Source of the DNA: Selaginella moellendorffii
Lineage: Eukaryota; Plantae; Lycopodiophyta
Length of the DNA: 64,000 nt
Direction: 5' to 3'
Assembly: GCF_000143415.4 (NCBI RefSeq)
Contig: NW_003314346.1
Location: 124,001-188,000, forward strand
In this document: one piece after another, positions 22,790 through 36,610 of the stretch
How positions within the stretch are numbered: the first letter of the stretch is position 1
How the letters are laid out: every line of letters begins with the position of its first letter
The notes under the pieces: generated by a model
The model's input: the letters and a program-made list of their open reading frames with translations, nothing else
Told to the model about the DNA's origin: nothing
Database searches by the model: none
Translations under genes and position numbers: made by a program

Positions 22790-25700
22790 TTACAGCAACG
22801 GCAGACAATAAGTGATTTGAAGTAATGTTCTCGGAGGTGTACCAGGTAGCAAAGATGCCAGCATTGGAAGCAAGGAGTTTCTGTCTTGCTTGGACCAATC
22901 CGGTATGGATTGCTGTATCTCTAGCAACGCTTTGGTCACCAGAGCTGGCTGGGGAACTCCCTCCCAGCTAACGTAACAAGCAAACATGAGCCTCTGTATG
23001 TCCTCGCTGCTCGCTGACTCCCTGGGCCAGGTGTGTGAACTCAAGTAAGAAACCAACTCAGGTGGCGGTCCAAGTTGCTCACGGTCCTCGAATCGCCTAC
23101 ATTTCCAATGGGTTAAGATATCGTCCATCCGCTTCGCCAGTGACACGAGAAACGTTCGCTGTATGAGTGATGGCCCTTGTAACGCAGGGTCATGACCTGC
23201 TGCCCCGCAGTATGCTAAAGACACCTGGAAGAGCAAAGGACGAGATTTAGATCGCGAGACTAAGACAGCTCCAACCTTCAGATTTTGCACAGCAAGACAG
23301 GGCGTAGAACAAGCTTTCGGAACAGTTCCCCCGCCCTGTGACTCGGTTAATTAGAGCTTCCACGGACGTGTACAGCCCAATGTATGTCTGGAAACAGCAA
23401 CGTTGAATTGTACAAAAGAAGGAAATGAATATGCTTGCCTGCAACAACGCGGGCTTATCCATGCTCACGCACTCGAACAAAGCCAGTAGGCAGAAGTCTT
23501 GAAATTCACCGCGGAAACTGAGAGAGAAGGTGGTAAGGACAAGAAAAAAAATAGAGTGAAAACAGTTTAACCTGCTACTGCAGAAAAGATGCGCAAAGGC
23601 TAGTAAACTTGGATCAGAAGAGAAAGCACCCACAAGCTCATCAACCTTCGACTGGTCCCGGATGGTAAAATCCGCATTCTCGTCTACCTGCGGTATGAAA
23701 CGCACCAGTTACTTAGCTCATAAGAGCAAAATGAAAAATTACCAAGACCCGCTGTAAAGCTCGCGAAAGAAGAGAACGAGAGCCAATGGGATCATCTGCA
23801 TACGAGCGCGCCCCGACTTTTCGTTTGACATACAAAACGCCTCCGTTGAAAGGATCCCCCGTTTCTCCATGTTCCCACCACGGCTTAGTTTCTGGCAGGA
23901 GTTAATGTAGATTGAAAAAAACAAAATCGAGATAAAAGCTAACCTGAAAGCAAAAATTGCATATCTTGAGACCAATACCGCGGTCCGCAAACGCGAACTC
24001 GCTTCAACTGTTATTCAATGAAGACGCGTTAGGAGCGAATAAGCAACGAAGATGTCAACTCACAGCAGAGCGTTCGGGAAGTATGCAAGGAGAGACTCTG
24101 CTGAATGTGGTCTCGCAGTGCAAGCTCGTCTCATGTAGCGTCATCTCAAGGGGTGCATATACTAATAAGCCGGTATCCACATCCATTGTCTGCACACATC
24201 GCGCTTCCGTCGCAAGAACGTACAGGTGACGAAACGCCTTGCAAACAAGAGTTCAGTCTCAACATCATTAATAACTCGAAAAACGTACTTGAAGATGACA
24301 GCGATGATCATTAGGCGAGGTTGGAAATCTGGGATACAAGGATATGAGTAGTGCAGCGACAGCGCCATTGCTGGTTGAGAATGTAAGGGAGCCTCCTCCA
24401 AGAAACAAAAATCCTATTGCCAAACTTACCTGCGATGAAAGAGCAAAGGAATTTTTTTTGGCGGGATATTACTGTAAAACTTACTGCCATATGGTTCCCA
24501 TAGACAATATCTGTGTCGTTTCTTTGTCGAAGGTAGCGCAAAAGCCTGAGGGTCTCCAGATGTCCGGTACCAGCCATAACCTAGATGCAAACCGTGGATA
24601 GTGGACACCGAAAGAACAGCTAGCACTTACCACACTCAAAGACAGAACAGCCACATCGAGACATGTTTCCAGCGTCCCTCTGTCTACACGTCGGTCGTTT
24701 GGGGAGGTCCCAGAAGCAGCTTGAGATTTCTGCCAGCAGCATGCACGTGAAATCAGATAGCCATGAATAGTCAGAGTCACCTCTTTCATGAAATACAAAG
24801 CGTAGTGCTGTAGCAGCGTTTGTGCTTCAGCATTAGCCGTACCAGCATAGCGGAGACCTGGATTGCGATTCAGCTAGATGTCAAGTCAAGAGAAAAATGG
24901 CCAGGTTACCAATAGACAGGCACGCCCCAGCAAGAATATTTACGTGCGCTTGGGTAAGTGCTTCCATGTCTAAATCAGGAGTGACGTCTGCACCGGCGTC
25001 GCTACCCTTGGCCTGGACGACAGCCTGGCGTATAATATCGGGCACTTGAGACTGAATCCACTCCTCTGTGGCTTGCACACTATGTAAACCAGTTAAAACA
25101 AAACTTTCAGTATGAAGGGTCACCAACCTGTCCCATAAAATTAAGCTACGAGCAATCAGCCGAAGAAGGATAAAATCTGGTCTGACATACTCGAGTGCAA
25201 AATGTGTATCGGGTATGGCAAGTCTTGCAGCTACAACGTGATCGTTTGTCTGTACAAAAAGAGTTGGACAAAAGAAAAAAAACGGTCAATCTTTAACTAC
25301 CTTCATGAACATGAGAGCAAGAGCAAGCGTTGCCCCGGGTGCAGTCACGTCCAAATTTACAATGGACCCTTCCATGACCTGTGAAAGTCATCAGTGTCTT
25401 GAGTTTGACGTAGAAAGTTATAGAAACATTAACCTGGCCACCAGTCTGATTCTGGTCATCAAAGCTCTTGGAAACGGATGAGAAGCCGCTAGCCCCATCA
25501 AACCTTCGACGGTATTCCTGCATTTCAGCCGAAGTGTTTCAGTGTCACACATTAGATAAACCCAAAGACTTACATCGGACGGTTCACTACCACCACACAT
25601 ATAATGGCGCAATCGATCTTCAATTTGCAAGTCGGCAAGACCCCAAGCATCCTTTCCTCTGCCTGCAGGAAAGTTTTACCATGTTTCCAAACACAGCATA

Positions 25701-28700
25701 GCCATTTACCTAAAGTAACTAGACCAAGGGCCACACCAGCAGCAAGTGCATAGCCCTCACGGTCTAAAGAACTGTCACTACCAGGTTTACGGCCAATCTC
25801 CGCCTGAATTTATCACTGTTTAGCTCAAGACAAAACACGAAAACGCATACCAGTAAAATTTCTGTCGTGAGGCGATGGGCTGATCCTTGATAAAGCAGGC
25901 CTACTGCCATAAGTGCCGCCGACTGAAGTATATTAGAGTGTCAGCAGCCACTTGACAAGATTCACCAGCATACTTACCTGTAGCAAAGAAGATAATTCCA
26001 GCTCTGGAAACGATGGTGGGTGGCGCGCAGGAATGTGAAGATAAAGCATCTGGAAAATACGCAATCTCATATAGCCAGAGGGTACACCAGTATTTATTTA
26101 CCTTTGACATGGCTGGATCCATGGTCCCTCTATGTGCAGCTGCCATTCCAAGAAGAATACCAACAGTTGTGGGGTCATGCTCCTAAAACAACACTTGTTG
26201 GACTCTAGAGATGTTAATACATCCATCAAACCTGGGCCAAATATCTGAACACATCAGTAGCAGCTAAGACTGCCAAGTGCTTATGAAGCCCCAGGGACAT
26301 GAGAAATCCAGCATGCTCGTAGCTAGGCTCATCCGGTTTGTTGTATACGATCCATGTACGAGTAATTTTAGCCTGTGTTGCACATCAATCACAAGACAAT
26401 AGTTTTTCTCTCTCTTTTACCTGACCGGGTGCCAGCCGTAGCCCAGCAGCAACACCATTATGAAACTCTGGCCACGAAGTGAACTCGGAGACGTTCCCCG
26501 CATTTACGTCCAGATTGACCTGCTCAAAAGCATTAGTCGCTGTACGTTGAGGCGGTGGTTACATACAGTTGCGTCGTGCTGTGAAGGAAGACGTCCAGCT
26601 AAAACCAGTTTAGGAATTGGAAGGGCCTGCAGCAAGAGGGTTGAAGCTCTCGAACAAGAAGTAAAACAAACCTCGGTCAGCAAAGGACGCAAGGTGGAGA
26701 GTGTAAAAGCACCACGTCCGAATGGAAGGGCAGTTGTACGTTGAGCCAGCTGCCACAGCTGTGCCTGCACACCAGCTTCTTCAATAAAGCCAGGAGAAAT
26801 TTTCTTGTACCAACCTGCTGTTGAGCAACAAGATCCGGATCACTCACGTCAGGTGCATTGGCGGTCCTCACAGCAACAGGCTTTGATGAACAAAGAACCC
26901 GTCGAACCTGGAACGTCTCTCATTGCATCATGAAATTGAAAAAAAAAAGCCCAATATACCTCATTCAATCGTAAGTCAGAACCAAATCTCAATGTAGCCG
27001 ATGGGGTGAAAATATGTTCCATCCCGTCACTAGCTTGTCCCTCCATTGGAGGTGTATCTGATGGAATTGGCTCGCGTTCAGTAAAGGGAAGAGTTGGACG
27101 AAGATGCAACATGTATTGTGCTGCCATAGTCACGTCTTTCGCACCCGACTTACGACTTGCAGACATGTAGGCTAAATCCTCACGGCCCAGAAGTATATAG
27201 GCATCAGGCGGCCAATCTGCTGGTGGAGATTCCCGACAACTGTTAAGAGCCTGAAAAGAGAAAAGCGAAAAAACTTTCAGAGAAAGAAAAATTATAGTTT
27301 TTTACGTACATGGCGTAGTGGGAGCGAAAGACCACAAGGCAGCCGATCCAGATGAGATAATCCAAAGCGTTCTCCAACCATGGCCAACACCGTCATCTGC
27401 TCTGCATTTGTTGCAGTTCCTGGTGCAAACTTTATGCAGATGCCAGATAAAAGCTTGTCACGGTTCCCAGATCCTAAAAGAACTTCGAAGAATCCCAATA
27501 CTTTCCGTGACCAGTCAAGAGAACCGTCTTCTTTAGTAAGGAGTGCCGGCAAGCGACTGGTAGCATGTTTCTTTCGCAGAAGGTTCTCAATCCAGGTAAA
27601 ATGATTAATGATGAGACCGCTTGATCTGGAAGATACGTTTGACATCACCCGTGATGTTACTACCGTTGGAAAGTCTCGAACATAATGATCAGCATAGTCG
27701 TACTCTTCAACTGCCACCGCGATACTGTTGAGAAGAACTCCCAGTTTCCACATTTCCCTGTTAAGAGAAGTTAAGAATCATTTGAGAGAAATAAGACCGC
27801 ATACCCCCATCGCAAGACATCCAGCTTAAAATCTTCATAAACCAAGTGAAGCGTCTCTAAAACCTCTAGCAGCATCGAGGAGTAGCCTGATCGTTCATTC
27901 TTGCTGTTGTGAGTTGGACATAGCTCGTACCTTCGACTTGGATATGGATGTGATCCATTTCTGTGCCTGTTGCTTTGCAATAAAAACTCCCAACTGGAAA
28001 GAGAGCGATGCTTATACGAATCCGATCTCCTCTCACCCGTCCACTGCATCATGATCCCGGAAAAGGCAGACCAGTCTTTGTCAAAAGAGCTATCCGTTTT
28101 GTTTAGTTGGCCGGGCTTGAATTCCATCAAGGATCCCAAAACGAACCGGTAAAACGAAGGCCTTAATCCTTCTGAAAGCGCAAGCAAACAAGACCTCGTG
28201 ATTCCTGATGATGGGATTAACTCCACAATGCATCGATAAATCTACAAAAGCACCAAAGTCACTAATTTGAGGGACAGAAAGAAGACACGGTTACAAACCT
28301 TGCCAGAAGAAGTCAGAACGTTGGCACGGGTGTTGACAGAATCAAGAAGCTTCTCGACGCGATGTTGTCCTGTTTGCTGGAGGACTGAGGCGGGTAGGAC
28401 GTATGTACACAATGGATACCGCCCGGTCTAGAATAGAAAGATAAATGAATTAAAACGATTGGCGACACCATATTACTTGTTCTTACATACAGAAAGACGT
28501 TCCCGTCTGGTGCCAGAACCAGCATATCTAAACGCGGCAGACCCCTTCTCAATCTGTCATATATTCCACGTCTTAACCGGCTTAGTGCGAGAAGCAAATT
28601 ATCACTTACGTTGGTTGACTGGCAACGATTGGAACGGCAGAGACTGCCGAAATACTCCATGCGACATCCGCTGCGGGTTCTGGTGCCCGAGAAAGTTTTA

Positions 28701-29877
28701 TTGCAAAGAGTCTTTTGGCATCCTTGATAACAAAGCAAACCAAAGGCTCCCTATCATCATCTGTGGCGATGAACACCTGCATAAGTCGTAAGCCTCACAA
28801 ACACACTGCATCACACACGCACCTGCGCTGCTTGAGGATTGCTGCCTTGCTCCCGCCAACATTGCAGCAGGTACATAGAGTTGGATCGCTCTAGTGTCCG
28901 ACCTTGTTCAAGACGAGAATTGGTGGATTTGACTTCCCACACAGTGTGCTGTTTGCGACCTGAGAGTTGCCACTCAGTTACCCCAAGAACGAATAAAGAG
29001 AGGCAAACCTGAGTGATACGACACAGCATATGGTAAACGTCCACTAGTCCAGATTATTTGCTCATCTGAGTCCACCAGCGACTGAATTCTCCCCGAAACT
29101 TCAACACATAATGCCTATTGTTTGAGAATCACAAAACAATTACGTTCACGTCGGTTGATGGAGGAGCAAACGACGACATACCTCAGGCTCTTCCAAGTTG
29201 TGTTGCAAGGTGAAGTAGACAGAACCACTGGTTTCGGCAGCCGGGGAAACAGAGTATGGCACAGCTTCAGCCGCACGCTGCAAAAGTAGACCGGAAGGCA
29301 TTGGCCACATAGAAGACATTGCAGAGGAAAACGGGACCGAGTTGAATTCACCTGGAAAAGGTCCCTCTCTTGAGTCAAGGACCTAGCTAAACAAAATGAT
29401 GGACGAACCGGAAGGGGTGTATGTCGACAGTGAGTTCGAGTGCAAGATGCAAAGAAGGGGTTCCGGTGTGGACTCCATGCTACACCAGCATGCCTGGAAG
29501 AAGAAGAAAAAACGATCGATTGTGGTGTGTATGTGGTGTTGTGTACCTTTAAGACGGTCGAAGATGCAGAAAAACGTTTTCGAACATGATGCCCAGCACT
29601 CCATACAACACTGGAGGCCCAGATGGATCATATTAGCAGCAGGAAACAAAATGTGGTGGAGGATTGCTTACACATTGTCGCGGATGAAGATTTCCTCCTC
29701 GTAATGATTGCCGCAGCCAGAGACGACCGCCTGTTCCACCCCATCCCCGCGCGCTCTGGCGACGCCAGGATCGAACAAGAAGTAGCTGTCATTCGATCCA
29801 GCTGCTGCGCCGACTGCCGCCTCCGCTCGCCGGCCAAAGGGCTCAAACTCGCCCAGGACACAAAATGCCCTCCCCAT
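22790..29877 (-). CDS. APC1: Anaphase-promoting complex subunit 1, many short introns
   Basis: N-terminus MGRAFCVLGEFEPFG; LDRLPCGLSLPLR; LRFGSDLRLNEV; QRTTALPFGRGAFTL; NILAGACLSIG; MAGTGHLETLRLLR; ECVSMDKPALLQ. Confidence 0.92.
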
Positions 29878-30377
29878 TTTCCTAGGGCTTTGGAGGGAAG
29901 ATAAACCCTAAAGACCAAAGCCGCTACCTATAACTATAATACCTGGATTTCAATCATACAAAAATCGCGGGAATGCAATGCAGCTGGAAGGAAGAGAGAT
30001 ATTTCGGTGGCATCAAAAGCATTGGCATTTGGCACGGCTGGACAAAACGAACGAAACACGTCACGCTCGAAAGAAATTTTTTTACAGCCTGGGGACACCC
30101 AGGCAACAAAATTTACATTCGAGAGAGTACTTTTACCTCAGCAGTGCCAGCCAGGAGAAAGAGAGAAGGCTGCCTTTTTTACCGTTCCCAATCATACCCG
30201 CTGGCACCTGGCAACCATTTCAAATCGCTTTTCAAGCCCCACCTTTAAATAATCCTCCCTGGAGCCACCTGGCATGCTCGTGTGCGCGGGAGAGCCGACG
30301 TGGCGGCCTCCTGTCGCTGAGCTGGCGGCGAGCCGCCTCAAATTCTAGGGCTAGGGCAGAGCGGGCAGAGAGGGGAG

Positions 30378-30384
30378 TATAAAA
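30378..30384 (+). promoter_or_regulatory. TATA box of the EXORDIUM-like gene (followed by a (CTT)n 5' UTR tract)
   Basis: TATAAAA about 120 bp upstream of ATG 30504, with a pyrimidine-rich leader downstream. Confidence 0.6.
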
Positions 30385-30503
30385 TACAAGGCCACAATGC
30401 GTCTTGTGCAGTGCAGCTGGCATTCTTCCCTCTCTTCTTCTTCTTCTTCTTCTTCTTCTCCCTCTTTCCATTTCTCTTCTTCTCCCCTCTAGAGACCTCA
30501 GCG

Positions 30504-31580
30504 ATGCCGATGCCGTCTTCTTCTTCTTCTCTCCCGATGATCCTCGCCTTGCTCTCACTGCTCGCCCCATCCTACATTCTCGTGGATGGCCGCGGGCTTG
30601 CTCTTGCGACCACTCCCCGCGCGTTCTCGCCCTTCCGGCCGTGGCCCAAGGACTCCGCCAAGTACTCCGCCACCGCCGCGGCGCTGGAGAGCTCCAAGGC
30701 GTTCGAGGGATCATCCGACTACGTGCACATGAAATACCATATGGGTCCTGTCCTCTCGCCCAAGATGCACGTCTACATTGTGTGGTATGGCGCTTGGGAC
30801 GCGAGCGACAAGGCCATCATCAAGGACTTCTTGCTCTCCATCTCCACCCACAAGCTCGAGGCCCCCAGCGTGGCCAAGTGGTGGCGGACCGTCCGCCTCT
30901 ACACGGACCAGACCGGGCACAACATCACCGACTCGGTGATCATCGGTGCGGAGCACGACGCCCACTACTCGCACGGCCACTCGCTGACCCGGATGAGCGT
31001 CCAGCAGGTGCTCAAGAGCGCGCTGGCCGAGAACAATGGCTCCCTTCCCGTTAACTCCCACGGCGGCCTCTACCTCCTCCTCTCCTCCGAGGACGTGCTG
31101 ATGCAGGAGTTTTGCCGGGCCGTGTGTGGATTCCACTACTTCACCTTCCCCTCCATCGTCGGCTACACGCTCCCCTACGCGTGGGTGGGCAACTCGGGCA
31201 AGCAGTGCCCCGAGGTGTGCGCCTATCCCTTCGCCATCCCGTCGTACATGCCGCACACGCAGCCCATGAAACCGCCCAATGCGAACCGGGGCGTCGACGG
31301 CATGATCAGCGTCATCGGCCACGAGCTCGCCGAGATGTCGTCCAACCCGCTCATCAACGCCTGGTACGCGGGCACCGATCCCACCGCGCCCACCGAGATC
31401 GCGGACCTGTGCGAGGGGATGTATGGCACCGGCGCCGGCGGCGGCTACACGGGATCTGTTCTTACGGATGACAAGGGCGCCAGCTACAATCTCAATGGCA
31501 TCCATGGCCGAAAGTATTTGGTCCAGTGGGTGTGGAGTCCCGTCCTCAGCGCTTGCTTCGGCCCCAATGCGCAGGACTAG
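30504..31580 (+). CDS. EXORDIUM-like / Phi-1 secreted protein, intronless
   Basis: Signal peptide [15 protein letters not shown]; [49 protein letters not shown]. Confidence 0.93.
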   Translation: MPMPSSSSSLPMILALLSLLAPSYILVDGRGLALATTPRAFSPFRPWPKDSAKYSATAAALESSKAFEGSSDYVHMKYHMGPVLSPKMHVYIVWYGAWDASDKAIIKDFLLSISTHKLEAPSVAKWWRTVRLYTDQTGHNITDSVIIGAEHDAHYSHGHSLTRMSVQQVLKSALAENNGSLPVNSHGGLYLLLSSEDVLMQEFCRAVCGFHYFTFPSIVGYTLPYAWVGNSGKQCPEVCAYPFAIPSYMPHTQPMKPPNANRGVDGMISVIGHELAEMSSNPLINAWYAGTDPTAPTEIADLCEGMYGTGAGGGYTGSVLTDDKGASYNLNGIHGRKYLVQWVWSPVLSACFGPNAQD

Positions 31581-32185
31581 AGCGCGAGCGAGCTCTCGGG
31601 ATCGCCATCGACATCGTCATCATCATCGAATCACAGCACTCGAAGCATCGCTTCCTTCTTTTTTTCTTTGTTTTTCCTCTTGTTGCTGTCTGTACATACA
31701 TAGAGCTCTAGCCTAGGGAGAGGAGAGGAGTTTTTTTGAAAGCATATGTGATGTTGAGGCAAGAGGCAAGGTCCAGTTTTTGATACTAAAAAAGAAACCC
31801 CCACATTGAGATTGTCAATTGATCAAAGTCATGTCCACTTACTTGCAGACCATTGCACTGACGAGGGAAAGAAAATGGACGTCAAACACGCAGGGCTGAG
31901 GCACACGGACGCTGCGAGCGAGCGAGAGCAACGAGGCAAGCTTCACGTTGCTAAACGAAATGGTCAGAAGCGAGCAGGGAAAAGAAAAGGGATTGTGGTT
32001 GCCTGCCATGCATGTGAGTAAAATATGTCCCTGTGTGTCTTACCTGGCATGCACCGAGCGAGCAGACCCGCTTATCGCTGGCCTTTGCTTGCCTTTGCTT
32101 AACAGTAAGTAGCCAGATGCCCAAGAGCGGCATTTGCGCAGTCTGGCATTTAGAAACCCTCCTAGGGTAATTGGAAACTATTGTC

Positions 32186-34108
32186 ATGCTCAGAAGGTGG
32201 CTGCATTGCGAAACAGCTCAGCGGAGGGTTGGGTCCGCCTCTCTGTCCCTGTCTGACCACAAGACGACCAAGCTCAAAGAGGACTCCCCGGCGCCCGCGG
32301 CCAAGAAGAAGAGCAAGAAGAAGAAGAAGGCCAAGAAAGCTGCGGAGCCTACTCCCGAGCTCGACGAGGCAAAGGTCCCCCCAAGTGCTAAAGCCGACCA
32401 CCCTGCCTCGTACGTGGATTTGCTACGGAAATGCAGCAGCCGCGCTCACTTGCCCGATCTCCGGCAGCTCCACTCGCAGCTCGTCGGAAACGGGTATGCA
32501 CGGCGCCCCGGCATTGCCACCAAGCTCATCCAGATGTATGGCCGATGCGGCAGCCTCAGCGACGCGCGGCTCGTCTTCGACAGCATTGCCTCCAAGGATC
32601 GCAGCATCGACCTCTGCAACGCCATGATCACGACTTGCTCGCAGAACGGGGACGCGGCGGGTGCGCACACCGTGTTTCAGAGCATGCCCAAGAGCAGGAA
32701 GATGCGCACAGACGACCTCACCGCCTCCAACAGCATGATCGCTGCCTACGGCAAGGCCAAATCTGTGGCCGACGCCAAGCGCCTGTTTGATCGCATGGAG
32801 CGGAGGGATGAAGTCACCTGGACTGCCGTGGTTGCAGTGTATGCCCAAAATGGGCATAGCAGGGACGCCAAGCTGCTGTTCGATGCGATGCCGCGGCGGG
32901 GCATCATCGTGGCTACGGCGATGCTGGGCGTGTGCGCTCGGGGCGGCCAGGCACACCAGGTGTGGGACCTGTTCACGGAGATGGAGGGACGCGACGTCTT
33001 CTCGTGGGGGGTGCTCATCTCGGTGCTGTCGCGCCACGGCCGTATGCAAGACGCGCGCTTCGTCTTCGACAAGATGCCGCTCCGCAGCACAGTGTCATGG
33101 ACCACCACCATCACCGCGTATGCCAAGTGCGGGGACCTGGACGAGGCCCGCAGGCTGTTTGACGCAATGCCGCAGCCGGACGTTATCACCTGGACGTCGC
33201 TCATGACGGCGTACGCGCAGGGTGGCCTGAGCAGGGAGGCGGTGGAGCTGTTCAAGCTCATGGACCTCGAGGGCGTGGAGGCGGACAAGTACAGCTTCTC
33301 CATCGTGCTGGACGCGTGCGCGAGGCTGTCGGATGTGGCCGAGGGCCGCAGGGTGCACCGGACCATCGCCGAGCTCGGCCCCATGGACGTGGTGGTGACC
33401 AACTCGCTGCTCAACATGTATGGCAAGTGCGGCAACATGGCGGAGGCGGTGGCGGCGTTCGAGGGCGTGGCGGCGATGCAGCGGGTGGTGGCCACCTGGA
33501 ACGCGCTGATCGCCGCCTACACCGAGAACGGGTGGCACGAGTCGGCGTTCGGGGCGTTCCGGGCGCTCAATCTCGACGGCGTCGTGCAACCCAACGCCAT
33601 CACCTTCATTGGCATCTTCACGGCGTGCAGCCACACGGGCAAGCTCGAGGACGCCCGCGACTACTTCCTGTGCATGGCTCCCGACTTCGGGGTGACGCCG
33701 GTGGCGGACCACTACGTGTGCATGTCGGACCTGCTGGGCCGCGTCGGGAAGCTTGTGGAGAGCGAGGAGCTCATCGGCAGCATGCCATTCCACCCGGATC
33801 CGGTGGCGTGGCTGGGCTTGATGGGCTCGTGCCGGACACACCTCAATGCCGACGTTGCGGAGCGAGCGGCGGAGCATGTCTACGTCTCGGACCCCGGCTG
33901 TCCCTCGCCGTACATTCTCCTGTCCAACATCTATGCAGCGCTGGGGAGGACCAAGGATTTGCTGCGCATCCGGAGGCTCATGAAGATGAGGGGCGTCAAG
34001 AACAACCAAGCGCTGGCCTACGTGCAAGTCAAGGACCGCCTTGTGCCCTTCGCAGTTGCCCGGTGGACCAAGAAATTCTACAAGGACCACTGCAGCAGGA
34101 GTGAGTGA
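32186..34108 (+). CDS. PLS-class PPR protein, E/E+ subgroup, with probable organellar presequence, intronless
   Basis: MLRRWLHC... presequence; PLS repeats; HYVCMSDLLGRVG...WLGLMGSCRTH...PYILLSNIYAA...MKMRGVK; no DYW. Confidence 0.92.
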   Translation: MLRRWLHCETAQRRVGSASLSLSDHKTTKLKEDSPAPAAKKKSKKKKKAKKAAEPTPELDEAKVPPSAKADHPASYVDLLRKCSSRAHLPDLRQLHSQLVGNGYARRPGIATKLIQMYGRCGSLSDARLVFDSIASKDRSIDLCNAMITTCSQNGDAAGAHTVFQSMPKSRKMRTDDLTASNSMIAAYGKAKSVADAKRLFDRMERRDEVTWTAVVAVYAQNGHSRDAKLLFDAMPRRGIIVATAMLGVCARGGQAHQVWDLFTEMEGRDVFSWGVLISVLSRHGRMQDARFVFDKMPLRSTVSWTTTITAYAKCGDLDEARRLFDAMPQPDVITWTSLMTAYAQGGLSREAVELFKLMDLEGVEADKYSFSIVLDACARLSDVAEGRRVHRTIAELGPMDVVVTNSLLNMYGKCGNMAEAVAAFEGVAAMQRVVATWNALIAAYTENGWHESAFGAFRALNLDGVVQPNAITFIGIFTACSHTGKLEDARDYFLCMAPDFGVTPVADHYVCMSDLLGRVGKLVESEELIGSMPFHPDPVAWLGLMGSCRTHLNADVAERAAEHVYVSDPGCPSPYILLSNIYAALGRTKDLLRIRRLMKMRGVKNNQALAYVQVKDRLVPFAVARWTKKFYKDHCSRSE

Positions 34109-34812
34109 CTAAGTACCCATCATCACCTTTTGATCCAAGTCCACTACACTAGTTTATCAAGTGATCAGTGCGCGACAAGCAACATATTCTACAAGTGAGG
34201 CGTCGCGGTCGTGGCCAGATGATAGGAGCATTTGTAAAACTGTTATGATTGGATGGCCACAGCAGCGCGCAGCACGACGTCTATATATGCACGTAAAGAA
34301 TTTGGCCATGGATGGCGATGTGAATGCTACGAGTGAGTAGTGTTCGTGCGGTGCAGTGCGCCAGGTACAGCGCTATGGCATGGATCGGATGCCCCCGCCT
34401 AGAGCCCCTCTGACCCAACTTAAACTTGCTACAATCGGCTACCATCCACGTGCTGCTCCGCTTGGCCGATAGTGATATCATAAACCCATTTGGATCCATC
34501 CATGGAGCAAGAGATCTTTGCGTTCGTCCGTCCGGCCGAAAAGAAGGGGATTCTACCTGCTGGATGCAACTCGGGGAAGAGGAGCTACAGTGCCGAGTTA
34601 CTGCTAGTAGAGAGAAACTTGGTCCAACACTTGGTGCTGCTAGAGGCGACATTTATTGCGCACGCCCTCCAATACATGTTGGTGGTGCGTGCGTGGTTCC
34701 ATGAGGAAGGAGCAGCAGCGCAGCAAGCAGCAGAGCACATAAAATCTGCGTTTGGGAGAGACAAGCGCACGAGCAAGGGGACACACCGATACTTTGTAAG
34801 AATTTGATCCAC

Positions 34813-36610
34813 ATGGACAGGGTAGTCTGGGTGGGATTGATAGCTGCAGCATGCTGGATTGCGGTGCTCAAGCTCGTGGAGCTCGTGGTCAAATCGTGGT
34901 GGAGGCGGAGGAGGATCTGCCAGGTGATGGAAGGCCAAGGGATTCGAGGGCCTCCGTGCAACCTGCTGGATGGGAATTACTCGGAGATAAAGAGGATGCA
35001 AGCCGAGGCTGCCGCGGTGGACATGCCGGCTCTCACTCACGACATCGTCGCCAGAGTCTTTCCCTTCCAGCACAAATGCACGCAGCTCTATGGTAGAGAA
35101 AAGAAGATCCGAGAGCTTTTTGTTGTCCTCACAAAGCTAGCTTTGTCGTTTGCCTTTGTTTGCAGGCAAGCACTTCCTGCATTGGTGGGGGCAAGATCCG
35201 ATCATCCACATCACGGAGCCGGAGCTGATTGTGGAGGTTTTGTCGCTCAAGTTTGGACACTGGCAGAAGTCCTCGCAGCTGCGGCGGGCTATGGAGTTTC
35301 TGTTTGGAAAGGGCCTCCTGGTGGCAGTGGGAGAGGATTGGGTCCGCCAGAGGCACGCCGTGAATTCGGCCCTCAGCGCGGAGAAGATCAAGGTGGGTTT
35401 CTTGGTACTGCAATCTCATGGCTCTCCTTGAATCCATCATGGTTGCATTGCGCAGTGCTTTGTGGAGGTGGTGATCTGCTGCGTCAAGCCCATGGTGCGC
35501 AAGTGGGAGCAACGAGTGGAGGAAGGCGGCGAGGCGGAGGTGGAGGTGAAGCAGGACATGCTCGACATGGCCACGGAGATCATACTGCGCAGCTCCTTCG
35601 GTGACGAGTGCTACGACGAGGCCAGGAGATATCCCGAGCTGGTCTACCGCCTGCTGGGACTCACATCCAAGTCGTCTCCTTTCAACAGTCTCATCCCGAG
35701 GTACTCTGTCGGGGTTGACAGTGGCAAACACGCTGGCTGGACTTGACTTCTTGAATGGTGGCGCAGCTTTGTCCCAACCAAGAAGAATCAGCTGCTCAAA
35801 GAGATCGAGCAGTGCTTCTACCGGGTGGTGGCAACGCACACGCAGCAGCGCAACACCATCTTGAGCTCCCTGCTCGGCTGCGCAGCCAGAAGCAGCCTCA
35901 GCGTCCAGCACGTCATCGACGAGTGCAAGAACATCGTGTTTGCGGGGCACGAGACCACGGCACACATGCTCACGTGGACGATGATGCTCCTGGGCCTCCA
36001 CCCCGAGTGGCAACAGCGAGCGTTTGAGGAGGTGGCGGAGGTGTGCAAGGGCCGGGATCCCACGTCGGACACGCTCAGCAAGCTCAGAGTCGTGAGTCCC
36101 TCGATCATCCCCACCCGTTTGATCGCATCGTTCTAAAAGCTGTGCTCTCGATCCTTGATGCAGATGAACATGATCGTGAACGAGTCACTGCGACTGTATC
36201 CTCCGGGAGCCCAGACCGCGCGGGAAGCTCTCAAGGACATGAAGCTGGGCGACCGCATCACCATTCCCGCCGGAGTCTCGGTGGCCATCAACATCGTCGA
36301 GGTACACCGCAGCGTGGAAATGTGGGGTGACGACGCCCTGGAATTCAAGCCGCAGCGCTTCGCAGAGGGTGTGTCGAGGGCGTGCAAGCAACCCGTGGGT
36401 GGCTATCTCCCCTTTCTACTCGGCCCGCGCGTGTGCGTCGGCCAAGGCCTGGCGCTCATGGAGGCCAAGCTCGCCCTGGTCCTCATCTTGCAGCGCTTGT
36501 CGTGGCGGCTATCGCCAAACTATCGCCACGCTCCCATTGTCGCGCTCACCCTCCAACCGCAGCACGGCATGCAACTCGTCATATCACCGAGAAGAACACA
36601 CGATCGATAA
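34813..36610 (+). CDS. Cytochrome P450, CYP72 clan, 5 exons
   Basis: N-terminal membrane anchor, QGIRGPP, I-helix DECKNIVFAGHETT, ESLR (ExxR), PQRF, heme motif FLLGPRVCVG. Confidence 0.92.
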
